A stretch of DNA of 62,463 nucleotides, filler included, from Craspedostauros australis (GCA_030167865.1; 10 parts of 10 records of this genome joined end to end with filler, not necessarily neighbours in it), one strand, 5' to 3'; counted from the first letter of the whole stretch, positions 31,356 to 43,644 are shown. Made by a program: numbers and translations. The notes: a model not told the origin generated them from the letters alone.

Positions 31356-32734
31356 GATGAAGGTGATGTATCGAAGAAGGCAAGCTGGAAGAAGAAGGCA
31401 GTATGGGGGATGCTGCGAATGACAAGCAAGGAGGTGCGAGGTTGGTGATGGAATGAAATGAACCACAGCAGGCAAGNNNNNNNNNNNNNNNNNNNNNNNN
31501 NNNNNNNNNNNNNNNNNNNNTTAATTAATTAANNNNNNNNNNNNNNNNNNNNNNNNNNNNNNNNNNNNNNNNNNNNGCAAAAGATCGAAAATTGTCTCGA
31601 AATTTGCGTCCTGACGCATCTTGGGTCCATTATCGCGACGAAAAATCACCGTGGATATCAGCATCCATAGAATTGGATCCCTTCCTGACGGATCAAAGAC
31701 TTCAAACTTCATGTCCTTACTCTTTGGAGTGTTCTTGGAGTGATGTGGCTGATCGGATCTCTCAAAATGGCCTGCCGAATGCATAGATATGCAGAAGACT
31801 GTACAGTGCAATGCGCACCACTCAGTATCACGCGATTCACAGATTTGGATACCAGCATCTCTTCCAGATGGATTTAGATACCCACAAGCTAATAATATAC
31901 CCATTGGAATGCTCTCCATGCTCTTATCTTGTTAGAATGTAATATTTTTGTCCTTTCCATTGAACGTGTCGTCAGAATACGATCCACAGCGCAAGGAATT
32001 GGAGCAAACAGATGGATGATGTACACATCTACAACTAAGGTAGCCATTTATTCCTTTTACTAGATGCATTAAATTTTAGTGGACTATTTGATTGCATTCT
32101 ATGGCGGTTATGCTAAACATGTATGATGTGGCTTATACTTTTCGTGTGTAGTGCAGGTAGTCTATATTTATACCTAAACTTGCGAGTCGATGTGAGATGT
32201 TGTGTCCACGGGACGTCGTATGGACATTTGGACGTTTTGGGTCGCTAAGAAACACAAAACAGGCTGGTTGATGCAAATCGGCACTTCAAAAGGGCTGGTT
32301 AATGAATTTCCTCATGTGAAATGCGATAGGCCTCTATTGTGCCACGCAGTTGTTTCTGGTTGTTCTACTACTGGCTTCGCGTTAGCTGACGCTCGTGTTC
32401 GTTGTGTAACGCCATTTCAACGGTTTCACATGTATCCTGGTTTGCCGAACGACCCAAAGAAAACAGAAGAAACCAGAAGAAAACGAGTCACGATCAGCAA
32501 GTCGGGACACGATCAGCAACAAAGACACAGCAAATTGTCCGACCCACGAACAACACCACGATCAAAAGACCAAGGAGGACACTGCAACAACAATAACGAC
32601 GGCAACTTCGACATCCAGTGGTTGCATACGACTACTATTATACTCTACTAAACAACAACACAGAGACATTGGGAGTACTATACACACCGGATCCAATCTG
32701 CTCCTCCTCTTTCCAACACAAATCACAGCAACAG

Positions 32735-32766
<32 letters not shown>

Positions 32767-33180
32767 CACGCGCGACCGCGCATAAACAATCATCCTTCCC
32801 ACCCCACGATTCTCCTACCCTCCGCCATTTGGCCAACTCGTCCACTCGGTCAGCCCGCTTTCGATCAAACGATCAGATCTCGTGCCGTGCCGTGCTGTCT
32901 GTCCTCTTCTTCTTCTCCTTCTCCTGAGCGAAGAGTCGAAACCCAAGCGCGCGGAGACTGGAAATAACGACGTTCCACACCCTCTCTCAGCAGTGCCTCC
33001 GACACAACTGTTACACCCACGGATCCAGCCATCAAGCAGGGAGACAGCCTTCCCATCGACACCAACAAACAGATTCAATAGCCAACCACAAGCAACCAAC
33101 CACGAGCAACCAACCACGAGCAACCAACCACGAGCAACCAACAAAGAACGAACGTCCAGCACCCAGAAGCCAACACGACG

Positions 33181-36100
33181 ATGATCCGAACCGCAATGTC
33201 AAAAGCGGCAGCCAAAACCGCATCCATGCCTGTCTTCGCCCACACCTTGATCAGGACAACTCGCATGCCCGACTCACGCACGTTCTCCGCCGTGGCCAAC
33301 AAACTTCTCCCTCCCATGGCGACAGGGACGGCGACAGCGATTAATGGCCCCATGCTGGGACCTGCCCCCTCAGCTCCACCTTTGCTATCCCCGCAGCGAC
33401 CATCCACCACTTCCAGATTCATCTCTTCGGTGCCTTTCGCACCAGCACCGGCCTCATCCTTGCCATTGGTGCCAGCTTCGCCAACCCAATGCCAACTGCA
33501 ACGATGGTGGTCTGCTTCCTTTCTCCGTGCGGCATCCACCAACGGCAATGGCCGATCTCTGCCAGAGCTGCCAACAAATGTCAGTGACTACGAGGACCTC
33601 TTTAACACTTCTGCATTCTGGAATGCCAGTTTGAAAAACGAAGATGTCGAGAAGATGCTGAACAAGCATTTTAGCATGGCCGCTCCCCCGACTGACTTCT
33701 GGAACACCGTGGTCGGGGACAGGCAAAGCTTCGTCGACACCGCTAAAGAAGAACACAACCGTGTTGGCAATTTGGAAGGCATGGCAGACGGTTTCCTGCG
33801 CAAGAGTGCCACCGACCCCATGAGTCTATGGATCAAGTCCCCAGACGACAACAACGACATGAACAGAAAGAACGTCTTCAAGTGGGTTCGATCATCCTTG
33901 AAGAAGAAACCTGAGAACGTTCGCGAGGCAATTCTCAATGACTTGGAAGAGATTTCCAAAGACAAGGTCAACGATGTTGAACAGGTAAAAGAACTGCATT
34001 GCAACAACACCGTGAAAACCTTCTATGTTGGTCATGCCAACTTTCGGCACAAGGGAGAGGCCCAAAAACGACCACCGAAGGTCTTTCTCAACAAGCCAGA
34101 AGCAGACCAGGACGACAAGGTGTGGGTTTATTACACCAACAGCGGCAGTGGCAAGACTGTCGAACTTGCTGCCAGTGGATACCTGCGAGGAGGAGTGATG
34201 AGCATCATGAACAAGGTTTCCAAGGACATCCCCACTCGGGACAACACAGAATCTCGAAAGACTGAATGTCGCAAGGCACTCATCTCCTGCCTGGACGACA
34301 TTGTGAAAACAAACAAGGCTACATTCGAAACACTCATCAAATCAATGAATGCATGGGAAAAAACTACTGAACCGGTTCGAATCGTGTTTTGCATCGATGA
34401 GGCATCTTCATGCCCAAACCTCCTACGCGCAATCATCAGCGAATACGAAGCTCTCAGCGGAGAGTTGGGAAATTACATCGCAAGTGGCTTCGGCGGCGCT
34501 ATTGACACCACAAAGAAAAATGCGATTCAAGTTCTTTTCTCCGTTGCAGGCACGGGGGCGTATCAAGGCTCGTCTGGATCTCTCGGTGATAATTATCAAT
34601 ATCTCACACCCACTGGCAACGTAGTGGGGGAAGACCTGTACAAAACACTCACATCCGAATACGAGGACAACGATCACAACAAGATTGGGACGCTTCCGGG
34701 ATTCAAGGACTTGCAAGATGCCCCGTTTCTCTGGATCATCATGCAGTATAACGCAAGGATGGCTTCCATCCTCATTGACCAAATGTACAACTCGCAACTC
34801 AGGTACAACCATCCACACGAAGAAACCAGACTCATGTCGTTGGTGTTCGAGAAGTACGTTCGCAGCAACGGAATGCACTTCCTTTGGCATTCCCAGGGAG
34901 ATTCTGACCAGTCGAAGTTGAACACAACAAGCAACCGACTCCATGTGGCATCAATGGGGCTTGCCACCTATCTTTATCCACAACCTGTCACGATTCCAGC
35001 TGGCGAGGATGAGATTAGCGAGCTCGCGCTGGGACTCGACTACGGCATCAGGTTCCAGTCGTTTTCTGCCCAAGAAGGAAAGGCCAAAGCTGAAACTAGG
35101 TCTGGATCTGGATCTACTGACGCTGATGTTCCGTGTGACAGCAACGTCACCGGCAACAAAGAGAAAAGGCGTCGAACGCTTATGGACCTTCTTGTTCGAG
35201 AGTGCGGATTGGTGACGCAAGAACAGTTTTCCAAGAAGACAGAGGACAACGTACTGGAACAGCCGTTCATCGTCAACGAAGCGATGCAACTGCTCTGCGT
35301 CTGGCTCATGCAGGGTGGCCAGAGATTAAAGAGCACTGAATCGCTGTTGGGGACGACTCCATTTGCATTCGAGGTGCTGTCGACCCAGCTTGTGAGCTGC
35401 GCCATCTCTGCAGCCATGACTGTCCAGGTTGAACACCGTCCGAAGGTCCACGAGATCTTGACTAAGTCCCTCGGAATGTTTCGGAACAAGTGCATGCTGG
35501 GAAAAGAAGAAAAGCCGTTTTTGGACCCGTATGTCGAAACTAGTTGGGCAGCGCTGGAGAATGTGATCCCTGTTTCAATCAAGTGCGACCTTGCAATGGA
35601 CGGTATGTATCACCACAAATCTCCGATGTTGCTGAAGGCCAAGCCAGAATCTAAAGGCGATGACAAGTTGGATACAAGCAAAACGGGTGGGAAGACGCCA
35701 GCAACAAGAACGAGCACCAAACCGAAGAACTCTGAGGCCTGGGCCAACGTGGCGACGATGGCAATTAGGAAGGGCGACACCTTGGATCTTGACTCTCTTA
35801 AAGACCTCGAAGAAAAGAAGGACTTCGATGCCGCCGTGGCGAGCAGCCAACAGGAAGAGACCCTCACCATGGACCGAGACATGTTGATAGGTCTCACACA
35901 GATGAGACAGAACAAGGACTGTGACGGTACACCACAGTACTTCACTCCATCTCTGTGCAGTGTGGCGGAAGGCAACAGTAACCTGGCCGATGGAACCGTC
36001 TCCTTCATCGGTGCCAAGTGGAACGAACGCGAAGAGAAATTGGAGGACCACGCAATGTACACCATCTGTGTCCAAGCAAAGGATATCTTCGGGAAATCCT

Positions 36101-36423
36101 TGAAAATGGAGAAGGTCCACAACAACCTGAACAGAGTGAAACATGATCTCAATAACATTCCGTTCGGAGAGAATCGCATGTACTGTGTTGCATCTCGGGC
36201 TCATCTGGTGACGAGAGCAAGGGTAAATCTCGACAACGGTTTCACTGATGGCAAACGGAACGACGACATGCCGAAACTCGAAACGAAAATATCTCCTTTT
36301 GTCTCCTATCCCACCGACGGAACTAAGATTCTCTCTGGTGTAATGGAGGCAATTGACGAACGTCGCAACAGGCAGGAGAAGATCGTGAAGCATGGCGTGA
36401 TGCTGAAATACGAGGAAGAGTAG
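33181..36423 (+). CDS. P-loop NTPase + PD-(D/E)xK nuclease protein (Crinkler/RHS-like architecture) with long mitochondrial-type presequence
   Basis: Intact 1080-aa ORF; Walker A-like NSGSGKT (~34138-34158); Walker B IVFCIDEA (~34381-34404); C-terminal LADG...ICVQAK; first ~125 aa rich in R/S/A/T/P with almost no acidic residues. Confidence 0.7.
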   Translation: MIRTAMSKAAAKTASMPVFAHTLIRTTRMPDSRTFSAVANKLLPPMATGTATAINGPMLGPAPSAPPLLSPQRPSTTSRFISSVPFAPAPASSLPLVPASPTQCQLQRWWSASFLRAASTNGNGRSLPELPTNVSDYEDLFNTSAFWNASLKNEDVEKMLNKHFSMAAPPTDFWNTVVGDRQSFVDTAKEEHNRVGNLEGMADGFLRKSATDPMSLWIKSPDDNNDMNRKNVFKWVRSSLKKKPENVREAILNDLEEISKDKVNDVEQVKELHCNNTVKTFYVGHANFRHKGEAQKRPPKVFLNKPEADQDDKVWVYYTNSGSGKTVELAASGYLRGGVMSIMNKVSKDIPTRDNTESRKTECRKALISCLDDIVKTNKATFETLIKSMNAWEKTTEPVRIVFCIDEASSCPNLLRAIISEYEALSGELGNYIASGFGGAIDTTKKNAIQVLFSVAGTGAYQGSSGSLGDNYQYLTPTGNVVGEDLYKTLTSEYEDNDHNKIGTLPGFKDLQDAPFLWIIMQYNARMASILIDQMYNSQLRYNHPHEETRLMSLVFEKYVRSNGMHFLWHSQGDSDQSKLNTTSNRLHVASMGLATYLYPQPVTIPAGEDEISELALGLDYGIRFQSFSAQEGKAKAETRSGSGSTDADVPCDSNVTGNKEKRRRTLMDLLVRECGLVTQEQFSKKTEDNVLEQPFIVNEAMQLLCVWLMQGGQRLKSTESLLGTTPFAFEVLSTQLVSCAISAAMTVQVEHRPKVHEILTKSLGMFRNKCMLGKEEKPFLDPYVETSWAALENVIPVSIKCDLAMDGMYHHKSPMLLKAKPESKGDDKLDTSKTGGKTPATRTSTKPKNSEAWANVATMAIRKGDTLDLDSLKDLEEKKDFDAAVASSQQEETLTMDRDMLIGLTQMRQNKDCDGTPQYFTPSLCSVAEGNSNLADGTVSFIGAKWNEREEKLEDHAMYTICVQAKDIFGKSLKMEKVHNNLNRVKHDLNNIPFGENRMYCVASRAHLVTRARVNLDNGFTDGKRNDDMPKLETKISPFVSYPTDGTKILSGVMEAIDERRNRQEKIVKHGVMLKYEEE

Positions 36424-36673
36424 AAAGTCAAGCGTAGCAGCAACAGACACATCCCTTACCTCATACGCACAACAAAATGGGACATCAAACACTGTTCTTT
36501 CCATGGTCGAGGGTTCTCATGATCGACCCACGGATGTAATTTGTAGAGTGCGTACTTGTCGAAGCAGTTCACGCTACCTCTACTCAATACTATACACATA
36601 TGACCCGTGTGAGCGAAAAGCGGTGCGGTCCAGGCAGAATGCATTTTGGCCCAAGCTTGTGCGGTCCCTCATA

Positions 36674-38236
36674 TTCCTCTGTTCCGAAATGATTTCCACT
36701 TATCTATTTTATCATCGGTTCGACACCGTGTCGTAGTGGGGAACTTTGGGAGCTGCGGGAGACCGATTTCCCAGTCGCCTCCCACCCTGGTCTGACGCAT
36801 CCTTGTTGACCTTCGGTACCCATCGCAGTATCATCAATAGTTGATGTACCACTATATGTAGATACCAAGTAGACTGTACCACAAAAACAGACGACAGCAT
36901 CTCCACATTTAGACTGCTTGTCCAGCACCATGCCTCCACGTTTCTGTCAGTGAAACACTGTGCAAGAGTTGGTTCGTGTGCTTTCACTTGTTCGAGTGTT
37001 TGGAAGGTTAATTCTTATCGTGACATCACTCTCTGTTCCGTAAGTCCAAATCATCCTCCAGTTAACAGGCGAAATAGAACACTGTGCAACATGCGAAGAA
37101 CGACGCAATGACAAAATCACGAAACATCGATTTTCTATTTGACATTTTATTTGTGTTCACAAGCACGCAATCGATATTTGTTTGAAAGGAAACATGAGAA
37201 CTCCCCTCGTGTTGTGGACATCGGTGTCTTCGTGACCTGTCGCAGACATCATTGCGTTCCCACCAAATAAGATCTTTGACATAACGCCACGACCCAACCA
37301 GCCAATCATGATGGTCGGTTCATGCAATGCCATAGTTATTGTTAAATGATGACGCCATCGAGCTTCCGAAGGGTTTGTCCAACACGTCACGTTGGTCGTG
37401 TTGTGAATTTTCCTTTTCCATTTTTACGTTTCGAAGCACAATTTTTTGTGTTGTCGTTGTGGTTGCGCTTTGAAAACGCGATTTCCGACTGATTGCAACA
37501 CTCATCCATTTCCCGAATCGTGTAATTATCGTGCTATTTTCATATTTTTTTGTTTCTACTGACAACATGCATGGTGTTGTCCAATTGTTGTCTGAATTTG
37601 TCAGTATCGCGAGTGTTGTGTGTATGATTTCGTGCTGATGATGGATTCGTGACTACGGGGTTGTGATGTTGTTTGTTGTGTCAGCTGTTGCTGCTGTCAA
37701 TGACGTCTGTCATCGTACATGTGTACAGATGCAACACCTCACACGCTTGTGTTAGCTAGCGGAAACAATTCAGTATGTCGTACAAAGAAGACTGGGATCA
37801 CCGCACTCCACTGGCGGCATTCACTGGCGGCATTCACTGGCAGCATTCACTGGCGAACGTAGAATGATGGAATGCATCCCATGAGTAGGTCCGTATGTCG
37901 AAAGAACAGAATCACAGGCATCTGCTTGTTGCACAGATCCAAAGCATTAGGGTTGGATGACACATCAGCAATGAGGATGAGATATCTGCCCACCCAATCG
38001 CAGACCGCAAATGTGTGTATATCGATATGCCTGGAGTTCCTTGGCGGTTGGTTGGCATTTGCCATCATTCTGGCGCCTTGGTTGTCCTTGTAGATAAGTA
38101 TGGCATGCTGTTGGCACATGCTGATTTTGTCCAGGATGGACCAAAACCAGAGCACCATCTTGCCATTGTTGCTGGTGACATTGAACTTGGCTTTAGAGGT
38201 AATGAGAGAAACAGTGGGTTGGACGCAGGTTTTCCA
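36674..38236 (+). mobile_element. Dispersed repeat with Stowaway/mariner-like end (TA|TTCCTCTGTTCCGAAAT), copy 1
   Basis: Inverted match to 43745-45708; similarity stops sharply at a TA dinucleotide in both copies. Confidence 0.65.
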
Positions 38237-40501
38237 CGCAACAGCGGGGCTGCCAAGAAGCAACACCATGCCTCTGGTAGATTTACAATGCCTTGTATTG
38301 GCACCCCAATCGGCGTCCACATATACATAGAGGAAAGTCACCTGGATGGTGGCCTGGTCCGCTGGGCTGTGGTGCTTGTTGTTGGCAGGCACAAGTTGTT
38401 TCAGTGCTGGCACATCTGCAAGCTGCGGAACAGGAGACTGTCACCAGTAGGTGATCTCAAAGTCCCTGGTGGATGCAACATACCTGAAGAGGTATTTGAC
38501 AGCTTTGTAGTGTACATGTGCAGGGTTCATCAAGACTTAGCTCAGCTTCACCACAGGGAAGAAGATGTCAGTGCAACAGGAAAGCATGGCCCAGATGAGC
38601 TTGCCAATGGCTTAGTGGTAGCTGAAGGACTTGGATTGCAGACCATTCTGCTTGGCTTCCATGTTGGGTATGACTGCCTGATCCAATTGCCACACATGTA
38701 CATTGTCTGTGCGCATGGGTAGGCATTGTGTAGACTTCAATCAATGCCAATCGTGTTGCTTGAGCGCCTTGTCGATGTATGTGGAGCAGTGCACATTCAC
38801 ATATCATCAGGCCTGAGTGAGATCCAGTCCGTTGTAGTGTGCAAACAGACTGTGCCAAGTGATGGGATAGTTCAGCCAAGCATTGAGCATGTCACAGAAC
38901 TCCTTGTAAAAGGTCTCATCCTTGGTTGCCACTGCAAAGTTGTCTACCTGCCAGGGCACATACGCATTGTGGGTGTGAAGGTTTCCAATGTGCAAACATG
39001 GTGCTTGAGTTGTTGTGTGAACCCCATGTCCTTGAGTAGCCGATTGGTATGCGGACTCCACTGTAGTGGTGCTTCAGGATGCCCTGTAGATTCTTGAGAA
39101 CAGGCACAACCATGTGTCGACCCAGAACAACGTCATGCTTGTGCTTCCACCAGCTGCAGAACTGATCATCAATTCACATGTAGAAATGTTGTGCGCTGGC
39201 AGGCGCTTTGGTGACTGCATTTGGAATGTCAGCTCCGTACATGAGCAGTCCTTGCACTTCAACAATGGCCACCAAGATGTGGAACTCCGTGAGGTCGGGA
39301 GTAGCAGCGTATGTGTGACCAAAGATGTGCACGTTGCCTCCCCAGGTGGACCCATCAGAAATGGCACAAGCCTTTTTGCGGTTGCTCTCTTGCGTCTATA
39401 CGACGTAGAACCAAACCCAGTTGAAGACNNNNNNNNNNNNNNNNNNNNNNNNNNNNNNNNNNNNNNNNNNNNNNNNNNNNNNNNNNNCCATTTTCTTGAA
39501 TTTGGCTTGTTGTCACTCATCCCGGCCATCGCGCTGGAGCAGTTTGCGCTAGGTGAGCTTCGGAGCAGCCTCCACTTGACATGCAGTTGGTGAGATGTGA
39601 TGGAAGATGGAGCCGATATGCCCAAGTTGGTCAAAATACATTTGTGGAACATCGTGCTGTGTGAGGGAGTTTCGAACATCACCGAACGCAAAGACCGTGT
39701 CGCACGCATCCAGTACAGCCTGGGTGAGATCCAGCAGCGAGCGGATGTCATGGTCATTGATGGCCAACAAGTAGGCACCCTTGAGCCAGGATCTCCACTG
39801 CAGAATGCGCGCTGCAGCTGAACCTGGTTTGCATCATGTGAGACGCAGACATCCTCAGAGCTCATCAGGCACAAATTCCAACCCTGCAGTTGAATTGTTT
39901 CTGGAGAGGCAGATGCGCTGTTGGAATGCCCTTTCGTAGGGATCCCCAGTCATGCGCACGATGTAGGCACTGTCAACACTGTCAACACCGTCAACAGAGC
40001 ATGCTGCTGAAGCTTCATGGAGCATGTCACTATCATGCAAAATGTAGTTGGCGCGCTTGATAGAAAGGCGTATGACTGTCCGTCTTGGCTTTCTCAGCAC
40101 CTGAGCCATGTATGCCATTGCCATTGTGAGGCAGTTGAAACCTGAGGTCGAACAGAAGTCGTGGTCCTGGCGGACGTTCATGGGCAGAGAAGTGGGCCTC
40201 ATCGAAGATCAGGTTGCCAGCGGTCTTGATACACCCCGAATCCAAGTCAAAATATTTATGGAGCATGGGTGTGGCAGTATGACCCACAAAGATGCTGTCG
40301 CAGGTATGGATGTCCAGCTTCACGGCAGGATGGCTGGGCTTGCACACAACCACTCTGGAACCAAGACTTGCGGGTGGCTCAGGTTGGGCTTTATGCCATG
40401 AGGAAGCTGGTACAGAGTGGTGTCAATGATGGAGTGTCAAAGCTTATTCTTGACATACACCGCATGTGCAAGGGCACAAGCCTGGAACTTGGGATGCAGG
40501 G
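37847..40501 (-). pseudogene. Degenerate copia/CoDi pol (IN C-terminus, PDZ-like segment, RT, RNase H)
   Basis: YVDADWG, QPTVSL, YKDNQGA and RHIDIH RNase H remnants; IFVGHTAT/IFDEAHF integrase tail; many stops and frameshifts; visible CpG loss. Confidence 0.85.
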
Positions 40502-40845
40502 TGTTGGCAAGTTCCGTTCACGGATACTCTTGCGACTGCTGACGATGGTGGTGGTGGTGGTAGTTACGATTCTGTTTGCTATTTCAGTATGTTGCTCCAA
40601 TGCCTCTTGGAGTCTCCCAATGCTCTTGGTGTCTCCCAACTATGAGTTGGCACACGAGACGCTCTCTCGCTGTTTCTTGCATTCTCTCTCTCTCTCTCTT
40701 GCATGTTGGTACTACGCAATATTCTGTACTTGATATGTACTCCGTATTCGATACGTAGTCAGTCCGCTCATCCTCTACTGGCCCACTGCTCTGCGTGTAG
40801 TTGCCAATATCTCGTCCAAACTCCTCCTTGCATATCCATGATCTC
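40502..40845 (-). repeat. Partial LTR related to 40846-41113
   Basis: Both begin TGTTGGCAAGTTC on + (LTR 3' end ...GCCAACA) and share ~230 bp of diverged sequence. Confidence 0.65.
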
Positions 40846-41113
40846 TGTTGGCAAGTTCTGCTCATGGGTATTCTTGTGATTGCATACAATAGTGGTGGTG
40901 GTGGTGGTGGTTACAATTCTGCTTGCTATTTCATTACGTTGCTATTCCAATTCTGTCTCGGAGTCTCCCGACTATGAGTCGGCACGCGAGATGCTCTCTC
41001 GCTGTTACTCATATTCTCTCTCTCTCTTTCTTGCGTGTTCGTACTACGCAATATTCCGTACTAGATACGTGCTCCGTTGTCAGGATGCACATACACATAT
41101 TCGCATCCTGACA
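40846..41113 (-). repeat. 3' LTR (~268 bp) of copia element
   Basis: PPT GGAAGGG then TGTCAGGA on minus, 20 bp after the pol stop; ends GCCAACA. Confidence 0.75.
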
Positions 41114-41133
41114 CCCTTCCTGTGTGCATTTGG

Positions 41134-43598
41134 TCATTCGAATGTTCTCGATGTGTCAAGGTACGACTTCTCATGTTCTCGTTGCAAGTCGGCCTTGATG
41201 TTCTTGGTGAATCCGTCGCTTGTGTTCTGCTCGGATTTGACAAAAATGATTGGGATGGTCTTGTTGGTTACCATGTTCCTCACGTAGTGATGGCGCACGT
41301 CGATGTGCCGCGATTGTTGGGATGTTGATGGGTTCTTGGCGATGAAGATCGCTCTGACGTTGTCCGCACGGACCTTGATCGGTGTCTTCATTGGGACACC
41401 CACACTCTCGAGTAGCTGCACGACGAAGAAGATTTCCTTTGCCGCTTCTGAGAGGGCAACGTATTCTGCTTCGGATGAGCTGAGTGTGACGGCCTTCTGT
41501 GCCTTGGATCGCCAAAGGATTGGTACCTTGCACAGGTATAGGATGAACCCTCCTACGCTGATTCTTGTGTTCTTGTCCCCTGCATATTCGCTATCGCAGA
41601 AGAGCTCCATGTCCCAGCCGTCGTCGTCTGGGCATACTGGATGGATCTTCAATCCATGGTGCTGCGTATCGATCACGTACTTGATGATCCGATACATCTC
41701 CTTCATTGCGGCCTTGGTGGGCCCAATCAATACCTTGGAGAGTTCCCTCACAGGGTTCGCGATATCTGGTCGCGAGTGCTTGATGAGAAAGAGTAGCATA
41801 CCGACGCCTTGGCCGTATTTGGCATGTTCTTCCGGTCCGACCTTCTGTAGTCCGTTATCTTCGGATGGTCGTACGATGATTTGACCCGGGGTTCCCCGTG
41901 TCCCGTAGCATTGCATCTTCTCAACCTTGGTTCCAAATTCTTTGATGAGATGTTGGATGAGATGTGGTTGACGCAATGTTGCTCTAGTCTTGTCATGGTT
42001 CAGTTCGATGTTGCAGCTGAGGTAGTCTCCGAGTCCGCGCTCGATTGTCACCTTGAATTTGCTGCCTTGGATGTCCTTCAGGAAGGTCTCCAGTGCCTTG
42101 GAGTCTCCACAGCAGAAGCAATCGTCCACGTAGATGGCCACGATCATGCTTCCTTCGTTCGTCTTCCTGTAGAACAGGCACGGGTCCGCTGCGCTCTGTT
42201 CGAAGTTGATATTCTTGGGGGTCGATACCAACATCTTGAACCATTGCCTGGCGCTCTGAACAAGTCCGTAGATTGGCTTGTGTAGGGTCAGGGCTTCGTC
42301 TGGTTGATGATCCATTCCGTTGGGACAGTTCATGTAGATCTCCTCGTTGAGGTCTCCATGTAGGAATGCCGTTACGACATCGACGAGTGCGCAGTCCATC
42401 TTCTTGATCAGCATGATCACCATCATGACCCGATAGGTCACGTCATGAATCACTGGTGAGTAATGCTCTTGGAAGTCCACTCCTGCGATTTGTGAGTAAC
42501 CACATGCAACGAGTCGTGCTCGATGTGTGCTGTCGTGCTTCACCTTGAAGACCCATTTGCATTTGCAGCATCTGCGGCCGCATGGGATGGCGTCTCGTTT
42601 GATCTTGCTGTACACCTTGCGTGTATCCATTGAGTCGAACTCCTTTTTGATGGCTGCTCGATATCCCTTTCGATGGATGGGATCCGGGTGATTGAAAGCT
42701 CCATCGAATGTCGTTGGTTCGATGTGTTTCTCTGGTTCCTTGTTCTCGTCCTGCATCGACAGTCCAATGTCGATTGCCGGTGTCTCAGTGATGATTGCGT
42801 TCATTCCGTATAGTCCAGTTGTATTGTAGTGGGTGATCTCGATCTCTTCTTCTTCGTCTACGACTTCCTCGTCATCTGTAGTTTCTTTGTTGGATTCGTC
42901 GGTTATCTTGTCACTGAGTTCGTCACTATCTTCGTTGAATGACGACTCACTCGCATAACCTTCCTCCTTTTGGCCTCGTTCGTTGAAGTCTGCAAGCTCA
43001 CGCAGAGCTCTAGGAATACTCTTCCCTGTAGTCGGTTTGGGATTAGCTTCTCCCTTCCTGCCTCGTGCTTCGTGACGTCGGATTCTCTCCTTTCTAGCTA
43101 TGTCACGCTTCCTTGGTTTGCTTGGTGGAGGTCTCGATGGTGTATCATGTGTAGACCTCGCTGGTGTGTTCGGAGGAGTGACGTCTGTATCATCGTCGGC
43201 TTTGTTGCTGGATGGTGGGATCTCGTCATCCTCATGATTGGATTCGCTCCGATCTTCGTCGTCGTTATGGATTAGTTGAGTTACTGCTTCATCGTCCTCA
43301 TCATCCTCATTGTTGCTGTCTGATAGGATGTGATACTTGTTCGTGTCAGCAAAAGATACTCTCTTTGCTTCTGATTGTTGACGTATTGCCGTTCTTGGCA
43401 TTGCTCCCTTCCGTCCGATGGTTGTGAAGCCGTCTGCGTCCGTTGTTCCTGCTTTGCTGGATATGTTTGGTGCTGGTGCCCAGCCACAGAACTGTCCGTG
43501 TGATTGGTTGAGCCATTTGATGTTGCAGAAACAGACCAGTGACTTGGTTGATGGTCTGTACATGTTGTACACTCCTGATGCATGTTGGTGTGCATATC
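41134..43598 (-). CDS. Copia Pol fragment (IN C-terminus, RT, RNase H), related to but distinct from the 6043 family
   Basis: HRARLVACGYSQIAGVDF, IYVDD, FCDSEY, SSSEAEY and RHIDVRHH motifs; cut at 43598 by an LTR. Confidence 0.92.
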
Positions 43599-43644
43599 TG
43601 TCAGGAATCGAGGGTACGCTTTTACCAAGATACCCATGATTGCC
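43599..43644 (+). mobile_element. 5' end of an LTR of the 5207 family, inserted in the copia integrase region
   Basis: TGTCAGGAATCGAGGGTACGCTTTTACCAAGATACCCATGATTGCC, 2 mismatches to 5207-5252. Confidence 0.9.
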
